Sequence record: SRR20825010_1237
Strand: one strand, 5' to 3'
Length of the DNA stretch: 33,846 nt
This document shows, one piece after another, positions 8,645 to 16,992 of this stretch. Position numbers and translations under genes: made by a program. The notes under the pieces were generated by a model. The model was not told where the DNA came from. It saw only the letters and a program-made list of their open reading frames with translations, and did not search any database. Positions within the stretch are counted from its first letter, which is position 1; every line of letters starts with the position of its first letter.

Positions 8645-9436
8645 TTATCGTGCGACCAGCGGCGAGAAGCCGAGATGCATTCCAGCGTCCGTGATGAGGG
8701 TTTCGCCGGTAATGTGGTCGGAACCCTCGCCCGCAAAGAACACAATGCTTTTGGCAATGTCGTCAGGTGTGCCGGCTCGCGCGAGTGGTGTGGTGGCAAT
8801 CTGATTATCGATGATTTTCTTGTATTGGGCTTCGCCAAAACGATCGGAGAACCAGCGGGTGCCGATGAAACCGGGGCAGACGGCATTGACGCGGATTTCT
8901 GGTGCGAGCGAACGGGCGAGTGAAAGTGTCATCGTGTTGAGCGCACCCTTGGATGCCGCATAGGCGACCGACGATCCGATGCCTGTGACACCTGCAATAG
9001 AGGACACGTTGACAACCGAGCCTTTGCCAGCTTCTTTCATGGCGGGAGCGCAGGCACGAATCATCTGGTAGCCGCCAACCACGTTGATTTTGTAAATCCA
9101 AAGAAAGTCGTCTGCGCTAAGCGCATCGAGATCGGCATGGTTGGCAAATTGTGTGGTGCCAGCATTGTTGACGAGAATGTCGATGCGACCCCATTTGTCG
9201 ATGGCGGCTTGAGCGAGTTTTTTGCAATCCTCATCATTGCTGACATCGCCTTGCACCATGATGGCTTCGACGCCTTTAGCAATGCAGAGGCTCATTGTTT
9301 CTTTGGCCTCTTTTTCGCTCTTTGTGTAGTTGATGACCACACGAGTACCGCGTTCGGCCAGCATGATAGCGACAGATGCGCCCAAGCCAGTGGCCGAGCC
9401 TGTGACAATGGCGACTTTGTCTTTGAGTGATGACAT
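8645..9436 (-). CDS. Short-chain dehydrogenase/reductase
   Basis: TGSATGLG, NNAG, YAASK, RVNAVCPG. Confidence 0.92.
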   Translation of the reverse strand: MSSLKDKVAIVTGSATGLGASVAIMLAERGTRVVINYTKSEKEAKETMSLCIAKGVEAIMVQGDVSNDEDCKKLAQAAIDKWGRIDILVNNAGTTQFANHADLDALSADDFLWIYKINVVGGYQMIRACAPAMKEAGKGSVVNVSSIAGVTGIGSSVAYAASKGALNTMTLSLARSLAPEIRVNAVCPGFIGTRWFSDRFGEAQYKKIIDNQIATTPLARAGTPDDIAKSIVFFAGEGSDHITGETLITDAGMHLGFSPLVAR

Positions 9437-9527
9437 GGACTTCCCCCTGCTTTGATGGCTTTTGCAGGGAGTTTAGCTGTCGGGCCGACATTTTCCACCG
9501 TTGATCTTCGACTGGTGGTCAGTAGCG

Positions 9528-9875
9528 CTATTTATCCGGCGGGAAATTGAAAGCAGCCAATATCAGCTTGTCGGCCATACGGTTGCGCTTCTCGGGGGCG
9601 GCGTCGAGGGCAATACAGGTGAGATTGTCTTCATGGCGCGTGACCCGGCCTCGTGCAAATCCGACGCTGGGTACGTCTAGCGCGACGAGCGCTGCGGTGG
9701 CGGGCATGGGCATACATTCGATTATGGCGCCGGTGGCCGACATTTCATGAATGATGCAATCGGTGTCCACACCTGCAAAGACAATTCGGCCTTCGATACG
9801 CGTCGCAATGCGCCGGAACATGCGGCGGTCGGAGACGTCATCAAGGGCTGGTGGTGTTTGAGACTGTTTTGACAT
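9528..9875 (-). CDS. Single PilZ domain protein
   Basis: DRRMFRR (RxxxR) and EMSATGA (variant of D/NxSxxG), GRVTR strand. Confidence 0.78.
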   Translation of the reverse strand: MSKQSQTPPALDDVSDRRMFRRIATRIEGRIVFAGVDTDCIIHEMSATGAIIECMPMPATAALVALDVPSVGFARGRVTRHEDNLTCIALDAAPEKRNRMADKLILAAFNFPPDK

Positions 9876-9973
9876 TGGCCGGTTCCCGGATCGTCCTGAT
9901 CCGGAAACCAGCCTATGAGCCTATCATTGCCAAAGCGTTTCACCTGAGCGGAGAAAACGCGCAATTTATTGTC

Positions 9974-10822
9974 TCATTTCGGGAGATCGGCCAGAAAGTC
10001 GCCAATAACCTTTTCGAAATCGATCCGGCTGCCAAGGGTGTTCATGGGACCGGCTGTCAGGCCGCCGTCGACGGCAATGGTTTGACCGGTGACAAAGGAG
10101 GATGCATCAGAAGCGAGATAGAGCGCCGCCTCGGCAATATCGTTGGGCAGACCCGAACGCGGGGTTGGCTGGATTTTTGCCAGATGCGTTTTCATGACTT
10201 CGGCAAACTGGTCCGCGACCTGTGTGCCGAGGCCAAGGCCCGCGCCGAAAATAGACGTGGCGATGCCGCCGGGGCAGATGGCATTGGAGCGCACAAAATT
10301 TGGGGCAAGTTGGAGCGCCGCGCAGCGCGAGAAGTGATGCACGGCGGCCTTGCATGCGGAATAGACGAGCGGACCGAAACCGGCCTGAAGACCGGCGACG
10401 GATGCGGTAGAGATGATCGAACCGGATTGCTGCTTGGTCATATGCGGCACGGCATATTTGTAGCCGAGAACGACACCTTTGAGCAGAACACCGACTGTTT
10501 CGTCAAAACCATCCATATCGATTTCGTGCAGTTCGCCACCGACGCCGCCGTAGCCGGCATTGTTGAACAGCACGTCGAGCTTGCCGAATTTTTTGATTGT
10601 GTGGTCGACGAGATTCTTCATTTCGTCTTCATGGGCCACATTGGCACGGCAATAGGAGAAATTCGCGCCGAGTTCGCGCTCCATCGCCTCGCCTTTGTGA
10701 TCCTGCAAATCGGCTGCAACGACTTTTGCACCTTCGGCAAGGAACAGATCTACGGTGCCGCGACCAATGCCGCTGGTGCCGCCTGTGATGATGGCTACTT
10801 TGCCTTCGAGTCTTCCTGTCAT
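9974..10822 (-). CDS. Short-chain dehydrogenase/reductase
   Basis: TGGTSGIG, FNNAG, YSACK, RSNAICPG, VDGG; GGGAG RBS. Confidence 0.92.
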   Translation of the reverse strand: MTGRLEGKVAIITGGTSGIGRGTVDLFLAEGAKVVAADLQDHKGEAMERELGANFSYCRANVAHEDEMKNLVDHTIKKFGKLDVLFNNAGYGGVGGELHEIDMDGFDETVGVLLKGVVLGYKYAVPHMTKQQSGSIISTASVAGLQAGFGPLVYSACKAAVHHFSRCAALQLAPNFVRSNAICPGGIATSIFGAGLGLGTQVADQFAEVMKTHLAKIQPTPRSGLPNDIAEAALYLASDASSFVTGQTIAVDGGLTAGPMNTLGSRIDFEKVIGDFLADLPK

Positions 10823-10864
10823 TTTCTAAGTCTCCCTGTTTTGGATTTTTTGGTTTTTGTTGTT

Positions 10865-11668
10865 TTAACGGCCTTTGAAAACCGCTTTGCGTTTCTCCAT
10901 GAAGGCAGTTCGGCCTTCGGCATAGTCTTCGCTGTGGAAGCAACGCTCGATTAACTTGTCGCACATGGCCGCATCAAAATTGTCCGGTGCCTTCAATGTT
11001 TCATCGACGATCTTCTTGGCGGTCCTCACTGTGAGGGGGGCGTTGTCGGCGATGGTGTCGCAAGTCGTGCGCGTTTCTGTGTCCAGCGCCTCGCGGGCAA
11101 AGACTCGATTGATGAGGCCCATGGCGAGTGCTTCGTCATGGGAAAAACGACGTGCGGTGAAGAAGATTTCTTTGGCAAAGGCAGGGCCGACAATATCGAC
11201 GAGGCGACGTGTGCCGGACGCTGCATAAGCCAACCCGAGTTTGGCTGCCGGTATGCCGAAAGTGGAGCCTTCAGACGCAAAGCGCAGATCGCAGGACAGG
11301 GCAATGCCCAGACCGCCGCCGATGCAATATCCGTCGATCATGGCGATGGTGGGACGTTCTGCCTTTGCAATCGCGTCGAAGGCGGCGGTGGTGGCGTCTT
11401 CATAGGTGATGACGCTGGCCGGATCGCCGCGCTGCGCTTCAAACTGCGAGATGTCAGCGCCGGCCACAAATGCTTTGCCGCCAGCGCCTTTGAGCACGAT
11501 GGTTTTGATATCCCCGTCGGCCTCAAAGCGGGCGATGATTTCTGGCACGGCCTGCCACATATCGAGGCTGACTGCATTGAGACGTTCGGGATTGTTGAAA
11601 ATCATCCAGCCGATGGAGCTGGTTTTCTCAACAATCATGCGTGGTGTGGGGGAGGGAAGAGTGGACAT
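10865..11668 (-). CDS. Enoyl-CoA hydratase/isomerase (crotonase family)
   Basis: NPERLNA, AFVAGADI, GYCIGGG, DYAEGRTAFMEKRKAVFKGR; start MSTLP after GGAG. Confidence 0.9.
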   Translation of the reverse strand: MSTLPSPTPRMIVEKTSSIGWMIFNNPERLNAVSLDMWQAVPEIIARFEADGDIKTIVLKGAGGKAFVAGADISQFEAQRGDPASVITYEDATTAAFDAIAKAERPTIAMIDGYCIGGGLGIALSCDLRFASEGSTFGIPAAKLGLAYAASGTRRLVDIVGPAFAKEIFFTARRFSHDEALAMGLINRVFAREALDTETRTTCDTIADNAPLTVRTAKKIVDETLKAPDNFDAAMCDKLIERCFHSEDYAEGRTAFMEKRKAVFKGR

Positions 11669-11722
11669 GGCAGCTCCGGTCAATTTTGAATTGGCCGCAT
11701 TGTGCCTGCCGCACTCTCTATT

Positions 11723-11800
11723 GTCATCCCGTGGTGTGATCACGCGATCCGCTAATGAAGTCGTAAAGACAGGACCCGGGATCAAGTCCCGCGACGATGA
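11723..11800. repeat. Degenerate alphaproteobacterial REP/RPE-like palindromic element
   Basis: GTCATCCCGTGGTGTGATCACGCGATCC...GGACCCGGGATCAAGTCCCGCGACGA resembles the GTCATCCCG...TCAAG...ATGAC intergenic repeat architecture. Confidence 0.55.
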
Positions 11801-11813
11801 TGTGATTTGGTCT

Positions 11814-13352
11814 TTAGACCGCAGCGACGCATTCCAGTTTGGGATCGTGAACGGGTGGTTGCGCGTCTTTCAGATCGGCGAGCAGATCTGATTTCAACGC
11901 AGCGTATGCGGGATCGGACCAGAGGTTACGCCATTGCTGCGGATCGTTTTTGTGATCGTATAGCTCGCCTTCGCTGCCATCGTAAATCGTGCCTGGCAAA
12001 TAGGCCGTGATGGTGTAGCCGTCGCGATAGATGGTGCGAAGGCCGACAGTTGTGCCGTCGATATGGGTGCAATCCCATTCGGTGAAGACACGTTCGCGAC
12101 CCTGCTTTTCGCCTGCGGCATCCGATACAGGCATGGGGTTGCCTTGCATCCATTCGGGAACGGGCAGGCCCGCAATTTCGCAGAAGGTGGGTGCAAGATC
12201 GACCTGACCCACGGGAGCCATGACGCTGCCAGGCGTAACAGCGGCGGATTTCGCCGGGCGCCAGATCATGGGCAGGCGCATCAAAGCATCGACATGATAA
12301 GGCCCTTTGAAGAGCAGGCCGAACTCGCCCTGAAACTCGCCGTGGTCGGTGGTGAAGACCACGTCCACTTCATCGCCCCAGCCGCGCTTTTCGATTTCGG
12401 CCATGACTTTTGCAATGGCTTCGTCGATCAGTTCGTTTTCGACATGGGTGAAGGCGTTGATTTCCTGCACCTGATCCGCCGTCATGTCGCAGGCGCGGAA
12501 CTTGGGCGGTGCTTCAAAATTTGTGACGCGTGTGCCCTTGTACCATTCCATCCAATGCTGTGGTTTGCCCGACAAGATTTCCTCGATCTTGTCTTTGGAG
12601 CCGGGATAGAATTCAGGCAATGGTGTGTCGCGCCATGGATGGCGACCAAGCTCGCTTTTGGGTGGATCCCAAGGGTGATGCGGATCGGGGAAGGACATCC
12701 AGCAGAACCAGTCTTCTTCTGCTTTCACGGTGTCGAGCCATGCGATGGTCCGGTCGGCGACCCAGTCGGTGTGATAGAACTCGCGTTCGATTTCGTTGAA
12801 GTGCAACTGACAGCCGCCAGTCTCGCCACCACCTGCAGCGTTGACGTTGAACGTGTCGTCGAGGTTTTGATAAAATTTCGATATCGCGTTCGGGTCTTTC
12901 GATTTTACCCAGTCGCTGTAATGCAAGATCATCGGGGAGTGGGTGGCAAGTTCCATATGCTCAAAGCCGCGATGGGGGCCATGCTCACCTTTGCGCGACA
13001 TTTGCGTTTCGTAGAACTGCTGCTTGAAATCCATGAACGGTTCGAAATGAGCCTTGCCGATGAGAGCAGTGCGATAGCCACCTTTCTCATTGAGGTAGCG
13101 CGCGACGGAAGGTGCATCGACCGGCAGCGGCACGCCGTTCATCCAGACGCCATGGGTGGATACATATTGGCCAGTCACCATGGTGGAGCGGGCAGGCATG
13201 CAGACGACGTTTTGATTATGTGCGCGTGTGTAGTTGATGCCACCTGACGCGAGCGCATCAATTGCGGGGGTGGCCGCGACCTTGCCGCCATTGGCACCGA
13301 TGGCGTCGAAGCGCATCTGGTCCGTAGTGATGAAAAGAATTTTGCGGCCCAT
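11814..13352 (-). CDS. Sulfatase-family hydrolase (Cys-type), no signal peptide
   Basis: KILFITTDQMR, CMPARSTMVTG (CxPxR), GKAH, DPHHP, TTDHGE, ELYD..NDP; GGGGAGG RBS. Confidence 0.92.
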   Translation of the reverse strand: MGRKILFITTDQMRFDAIGANGGKVAATPAIDALASGGINYTRAHNQNVVCMPARSTMVTGQYVSTHGVWMNGVPLPVDAPSVARYLNEKGGYRTALIGKAHFEPFMDFKQQFYETQMSRKGEHGPHRGFEHMELATHSPMILHYSDWVKSKDPNAISKFYQNLDDTFNVNAAGGGETGGCQLHFNEIEREFYHTDWVADRTIAWLDTVKAEEDWFCWMSFPDPHHPWDPPKSELGRHPWRDTPLPEFYPGSKDKIEEILSGKPQHWMEWYKGTRVTNFEAPPKFRACDMTADQVQEINAFTHVENELIDEAIAKVMAEIEKRGWGDEVDVVFTTDHGEFQGEFGLLFKGPYHVDALMRLPMIWRPAKSAAVTPGSVMAPVGQVDLAPTFCEIAGLPVPEWMQGNPMPVSDAAGEKQGRERVFTEWDCTHIDGTTVGLRTIYRDGYTITAYLPGTIYDGSEGELYDHKNDPQQWRNLWSDPAYAALKSDLLADLKDAQPPVHDPKLECVAAV

Positions 13353-13374
13353 TGCTGGATCCTCCCCGCAGGTA

Positions 13375-13420
13375 TTTAATGATCTTCATTAAAATAGCGA
13401 TGGAGCTTTGAGAAGGCAAG
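13375..13420 (-). promoter_or_regulatory. Sigma70-like promoter of the sulfatase gene with an overlapping inverted-repeat operator
   Basis: CTTGCC-N17-CTATTT on the minus strand (13420-13392); TTTAATGA-N3-TCATTAAA at 13375-13393. Confidence 0.55.
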
Positions 13421-13593
13421 TGTTGCGCGACGTAATTGCATGGGCAAGGTGAAAGATGCCAGCGTTGTAAATGTTGCTTATTTCGCTGAGTGATAGTGCG
13501 AGGCGTGCGCGTCTTGAGTGCTGCTGTAACAGCATTTTTTCGTCACGTCGCTAAAAAATACGGAGAGATAGGCGTGTTGGAAATGATCGGCGT

Positions 13594-13788
13594 TCAGACG
13601 TTGAGATCGACCGCTTTGCCCATGCCTGCAGGGGCGGCAGCTTGCGCTTTGCCCGTATCAACAGCTTGCGAAAGCATGTTCACTACAGCCTGATCCTGTT
13701 GCTGGCCCATCTTCAACATAGCAGTGGCCATCGAGGCCTGTGTCTGACTCTGAGATGCAACGACAGCTGATGTGGCGAGATCTGACAT
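13594..13788 (-). CDS. YjfB-like putative motility protein (64 aa)
   Basis: MATAMLKMGQQQDQAVVNML...PAGMGKAVDLNV, with the family-type C-terminal GxxVD. Confidence 0.75.
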   Translation of the reverse strand: MSDLATSAVVASQSQTQASMATAMLKMGQQQDQAVVNMLSQAVDTGKAQAAAPAGMGKAVDLNV

Positions 13789-13869
13789 GAAGAGCTTCCG
13801 GTGTGTAGTGCTGGGAGCTATCAAATATAGGCATCCAAGTTTAACGAGGCGTTGATGCAATAGACTGCG

Positions 13870-14694
13870 CTATTTACCTCCGAGAAACCCTATCATCGCG
13901 GGAAATGCATCGCGGTCCTGAATCATAAACATATGTCCGCCTTCGAACATTTGCAGTTTGGCATCTGGTAGACGGGTCAGCATTTTTTTCTGTGTTTCGG
14001 GCAATGCTTGACCGTCATATTTGCCACCACAAAGGAGCGTGGGGCAGGTGATCTGGTGCAGTCTTTCCCATGTGTCGTGCCGGGCACGGGCTTCCAGCTG
14101 GCGGCGCTGGCCCATGGCATGGCCCGGTTCATTCTTGTAGGGATCGTTGGAGGCGAAGGCGACAAATTGTTCGTAGGTCTCGGGGTTTGCGGCGATCCAT
14201 TCCGGTGTACGACGCGTGTCCATAATGGGGATCATATGGCGGGCGCGGGCATCAGGCTCCATGTCCTGCAAGTCATGCAAGGGGTATGAGGAACCGCCTT
14301 CGCCACCTGGTGATGTACAGGCCAGCACGAGGCGGGTGACGCGGGTAGGATGGCGGAGCGCGAGTTCCTGCGCGACCATGCCGCCGAAGGAGATACCGAC
14401 GACATGGGCTGTGTCCCAGCCGATGGCGTCCATAAGGGCGGCGGCATCATCGGCATAATCGGCCATTGTATATGGTGTGTCGGGTTTGGCCGACTGCCCC
14501 AGGCCGCGCTGGTCATAAGCCAATGTGTCGAAATGCTTGGGGAACGGACCGTCCATAACATTGGGCTTTGCCCTGAGATCGCTGCCCGTGCCTGAAATGA
14601 TGAGGAGGCGGGGGGGATTGGCGGTTTCTGGGGCCTTGCGTTCGTAATAGAAGCGAAGCGTGCCGAGGTTGGTGGTCAGGTCGATCATGGGCAT
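13870..14694 (-). CDS. Alpha/beta fold hydrolase (enol-lactone hydrolase-like)
   Basis: YDQRGLGQS, YTMADYADD, GISFGG, GGKYD, GGH; start placed at MPMID. Confidence 0.88.
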   Translation of the reverse strand: MPMIDLTTNLGTLRFYYERKAPETANPPRLLIISGTGSDLRAKPNVMDGPFPKHFDTLAYDQRGLGQSAKPDTPYTMADYADDAAALMDAIGWDTAHVVGISFGGMVAQELALRHPTRVTRLVLACTSPGGEGGSSYPLHDLQDMEPDARARHMIPIMDTRRTPEWIAANPETYEQFVAFASNDPYKNEPGHAMGQRRQLEARARHDTWERLHQITCPTLLCGGKYDGQALPETQKKMLTRLPDAKLQMFEGGHMFMIQDRDAFPAMIGFLGGK

Positions 14695-14922
14695 GAGGCT
14701 TTGGGGCTCTTTTTGATTTGCAATTTCGTGGGCAGCAACCATATCTCTGCGATGTGCTTCCGCTGATAATAGGGAGTGCGGCAGAGAGTTGCGAGCGGTT
14801 CGCACAATTTACACGAATTGGTTGTAACATCCTGTTTGTGTTAGGCTTATAGAAGTCTCACGATGCGTCCAAGGGCGCTCGCCCGATACAGTCGCCTGAA
14901 TACCGGCAAATGGGAGCAGCAC

Positions 14923-15765
14923 ATGTCGAAACCTGTGGAACGCAATCGCAGTGCGGAAGCTCTGGCTGTATGTGATCCTGTATGGGACCGATTGCGCACA
15001 GAGACTGCCGATATGGCAAAGAGCGAAGCAGCTTTGGCGAGTTTTCTCCATGTGACTGTGCTGCATCACAAGAAATTTGAAGCGTCACTGGCCTATCATC
15101 TCGCCCAGAAGATCGGGAATGTAGAAGTGCGCGCGATGCAGCTGCGTGAACTTTTTGACGAGGCGTTGAGTGCCGACCCCTCGATTGGTGAGGCAGCGCG
15201 GGCCGATATTGTGGCTAATTATGAGCGCGACCCCGCATGCCACACCTATGCCCAGCCGCTGCTTTTCTTCAAAGGTTATAGCGCCTTGCAGGTTTATCGC
15301 GTGGCGCATTGGCTGTGGACGCATGAGCGCAAGCCGATGGCGCTTTATCTGCAAAGCCGAGTCTCTGAACTTTTCTCGGTGGATATCCATCCTGCCGCGA
15401 CAATCGGCAAAGGCGTTTTTATCGATCATGCGCATGGCATTGTGATCGGTGAAACGGCCGTGGTGGAAGATGATGTGTCGATCCTGCATGGTGTGACGCT
15501 GGGCGGGACGGGCAAGGAATCGGGTGATCGCCATCCCAAGATTCGTCGCGGTGTGCTGATCAGCGTCGGTGCGAAAGTGCTGGGCAATATCGAGGTCGGC
15601 GAATATAGCCGCATCGGGGCAGGTAGCGTGGTGCTGACACCCGTGCCGCCGCATTGCACCGCTGTGGGCGTGCCCGCAAAACTCGTTGGATGCGCGGGCT
15701 GCGATAAGCCCAGCCACGAGATGGATCACATCATTCCCGAAGCTGATGATGGCGGCGGCATTTGA
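14923..15765 (+). CDS. cysE: Serine O-acetyltransferase
   Basis: ERDPAC, PLLFFKG, VDIHPAATIGKGVFIDHAHGIVIGETA, TLGGTGKESGDRHPKI; GGGAG RBS. Confidence 0.96.
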   Translation: MSKPVERNRSAEALAVCDPVWDRLRTETADMAKSEAALASFLHVTVLHHKKFEASLAYHLAQKIGNVEVRAMQLRELFDEALSADPSIGEAARADIVANYERDPACHTYAQPLLFFKGYSALQVYRVAHWLWTHERKPMALYLQSRVSELFSVDIHPAATIGKGVFIDHAHGIVIGETAVVEDDVSILHGVTLGGTGKESGDRHPKIRRGVLISVGAKVLGNIEVGEYSRIGAGSVVLTPVPPHCTAVGVPAKLVGCAGCDKPSHEMDHIIPEADDGGGI

Positions 15766-15772
15766 AAGCCGC

Positions 15773-16384
15773 TTATCTGAGCTTTGGTGTCGTGCGCAGA
15801 TAACCTGTCACAGCACGTTTTACTCTTTCAGTTAGATAGTTTGCGTCGGTCTCACCGTTGAGGCCGGCGGCGTCGATCATTCCGCGTGAGAGGGCAGCGA
15901 TGTCCTGCGCGATGACATGCGGCTCGGCAATGCCTTGCATTGTGAGGAGGTCGCTCACTTCCTTCACAATGGCGGTGTTTAGCGCTTCTGTCTCAGCTTC
16001 AATCGGTAATATGGCTTCGGCATATTCCAGCGCGCGTGAAACCGCAGGGTCTTCCAACTGATGGGTGACGCCTGCTGCGATCATGCCATCGATCATCCTT
16101 GAGAAAGACATGCGGCCTGGCCGGTGCAATGTTGCGCGGATCTCGTTCAGCATGGCTTGCCGCCTTTGCCGGATGAGTTCGCTCAGGATTGCGTTCTTGT
16201 TTGGAAAATACTGGTAGAGCGATCCGATGCTTGCACCGGCGCGTTCGGCAACCGCATTTGTCGTTAGAGCTGCCAGACCGCTATCCCGCAAAATGTGAGC
16301 AGCAGCCTCCAGTATTGCATCGAAGGTCGCGGTAGCGCGCGCTTGTCGCGGTGATTTGCGCGGAGAAATGGAAGCAGTGGCCAT
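15773..16384 (-). CDS. TetR/AcrR family transcriptional regulator
   Basis: PRKSPRQARA...ILEAAAHIL...TTNAVAERAGASIGSLYQYFPNK. Confidence 0.93.
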   Translation of the reverse strand: MATASISPRKSPRQARATATFDAILEAAAHILRDSGLAALTTNAVAERAGASIGSLYQYFPNKNAILSELIRQRRQAMLNEIRATLHRPGRMSFSRMIDGMIAAGVTHQLEDPAVSRALEYAEAILPIEAETEALNTAIVKEVSDLLTMQGIAEPHVIAQDIAALSRGMIDAAGLNGETDANYLTERVKRAVTGYLRTTPKLR

Positions 16385-16391
16385 GGCGCGG

Positions 16392-16426
16392 AATGCGAGT
16401 TTTTAATGTGAATATATGCTCATATT
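16392..16426. promoter_or_regulatory. Candidate TetR operator in the divergent intergenic region
   Basis: Imperfect palindrome AATGTGAATATATGCTCATATT (16405-16426) plus a related half-site AATGCGAGT (16392-16400). Confidence 0.5.
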
Positions 16427-16465
16427 TTAAAGGCATCGCTTCCCTACATGCAAGAGGAGATGCCT

Positions 16466-16810
16466 ATGGTTACGCGTACGGTCACCTATACGATCTTCAT
16501 GCTATTGCGCACGATGCCCGACTGGTTGCGACTTAGTCGCGACGAACGCAGCGCAATTGCGCAAGAGGCTTTCAGTTTTGCGTTGAAGGATGGAAAAATT
16601 GCATTCAGCTACCACGATGCAGAAGCTTTTTCAGCGCGGGCGACGGATGTCGCCGTTTTCAAAACACCTGATCTCTATGCCTATTATACAATGGTCGAAC
16701 GGCTTAGAGACTCGAAGCTCTTCACTGTTCCCTATTTTGAAATCGTGGACATTATTCCAACGATCGAAGACGGCTATCGTCAGTTCGAAGAGGACGAGGC
16801 AAGCGCATGA
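16466..16810 (+). CDS. Darcynin family protein
   Basis: YTIFMLLRTMPDWLRLSRDER, DAEAFSARATD, YYTMVERLRDS, YFEIVDIIPTIEDGY; AGAGGAG RBS 6 nt before ATG 16466. Confidence 0.85.
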   Translation: MVTRTVTYTIFMLLRTMPDWLRLSRDERSAIAQEAFSFALKDGKIAFSYHDAEAFSARATDVAVFKTPDLYAYYTMVERLRDSKLFTVPYFEIVDIIPTIEDGYRQFEEDEASA

Positions 16811-16991
16811 GTTATAAGAGTGTGGTTGCGCTGATCACAGGTGGCACCACCGGGATCGGGCAGGAGCTAGCACCACAATTGGTGGCGACGCGATTGTGAA
16901 TATCTCATCGAACTTGGTATGGCGCCCAAGGCGGTTGCTGTGTGATATCAATCGGATTTTGCCGCGATTGGCCGCGGGTATTATGCGTTAG
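16807..16991 (+). pseudogene. Internally deleted SDR pseudogene
   Basis: ATGA overlap with the darcynin stop; MSYKSVVALITGGTTGIGQELA, then in other frames AIVNISS, LGMAPK and INRILPRLAAGIMR*. Confidence 0.75.
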
Positions 16992-16992
16992 A

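Noticed and set aside
9851-10954. 367-aa plus-strand ORF
   Set aside because: Antisense shadow of the SDR gene, common in GC-rich coding DNA.
12063-13247. 394-aa plus-strand ORF
   Set aside because: Antisense shadow of the sulfatase.
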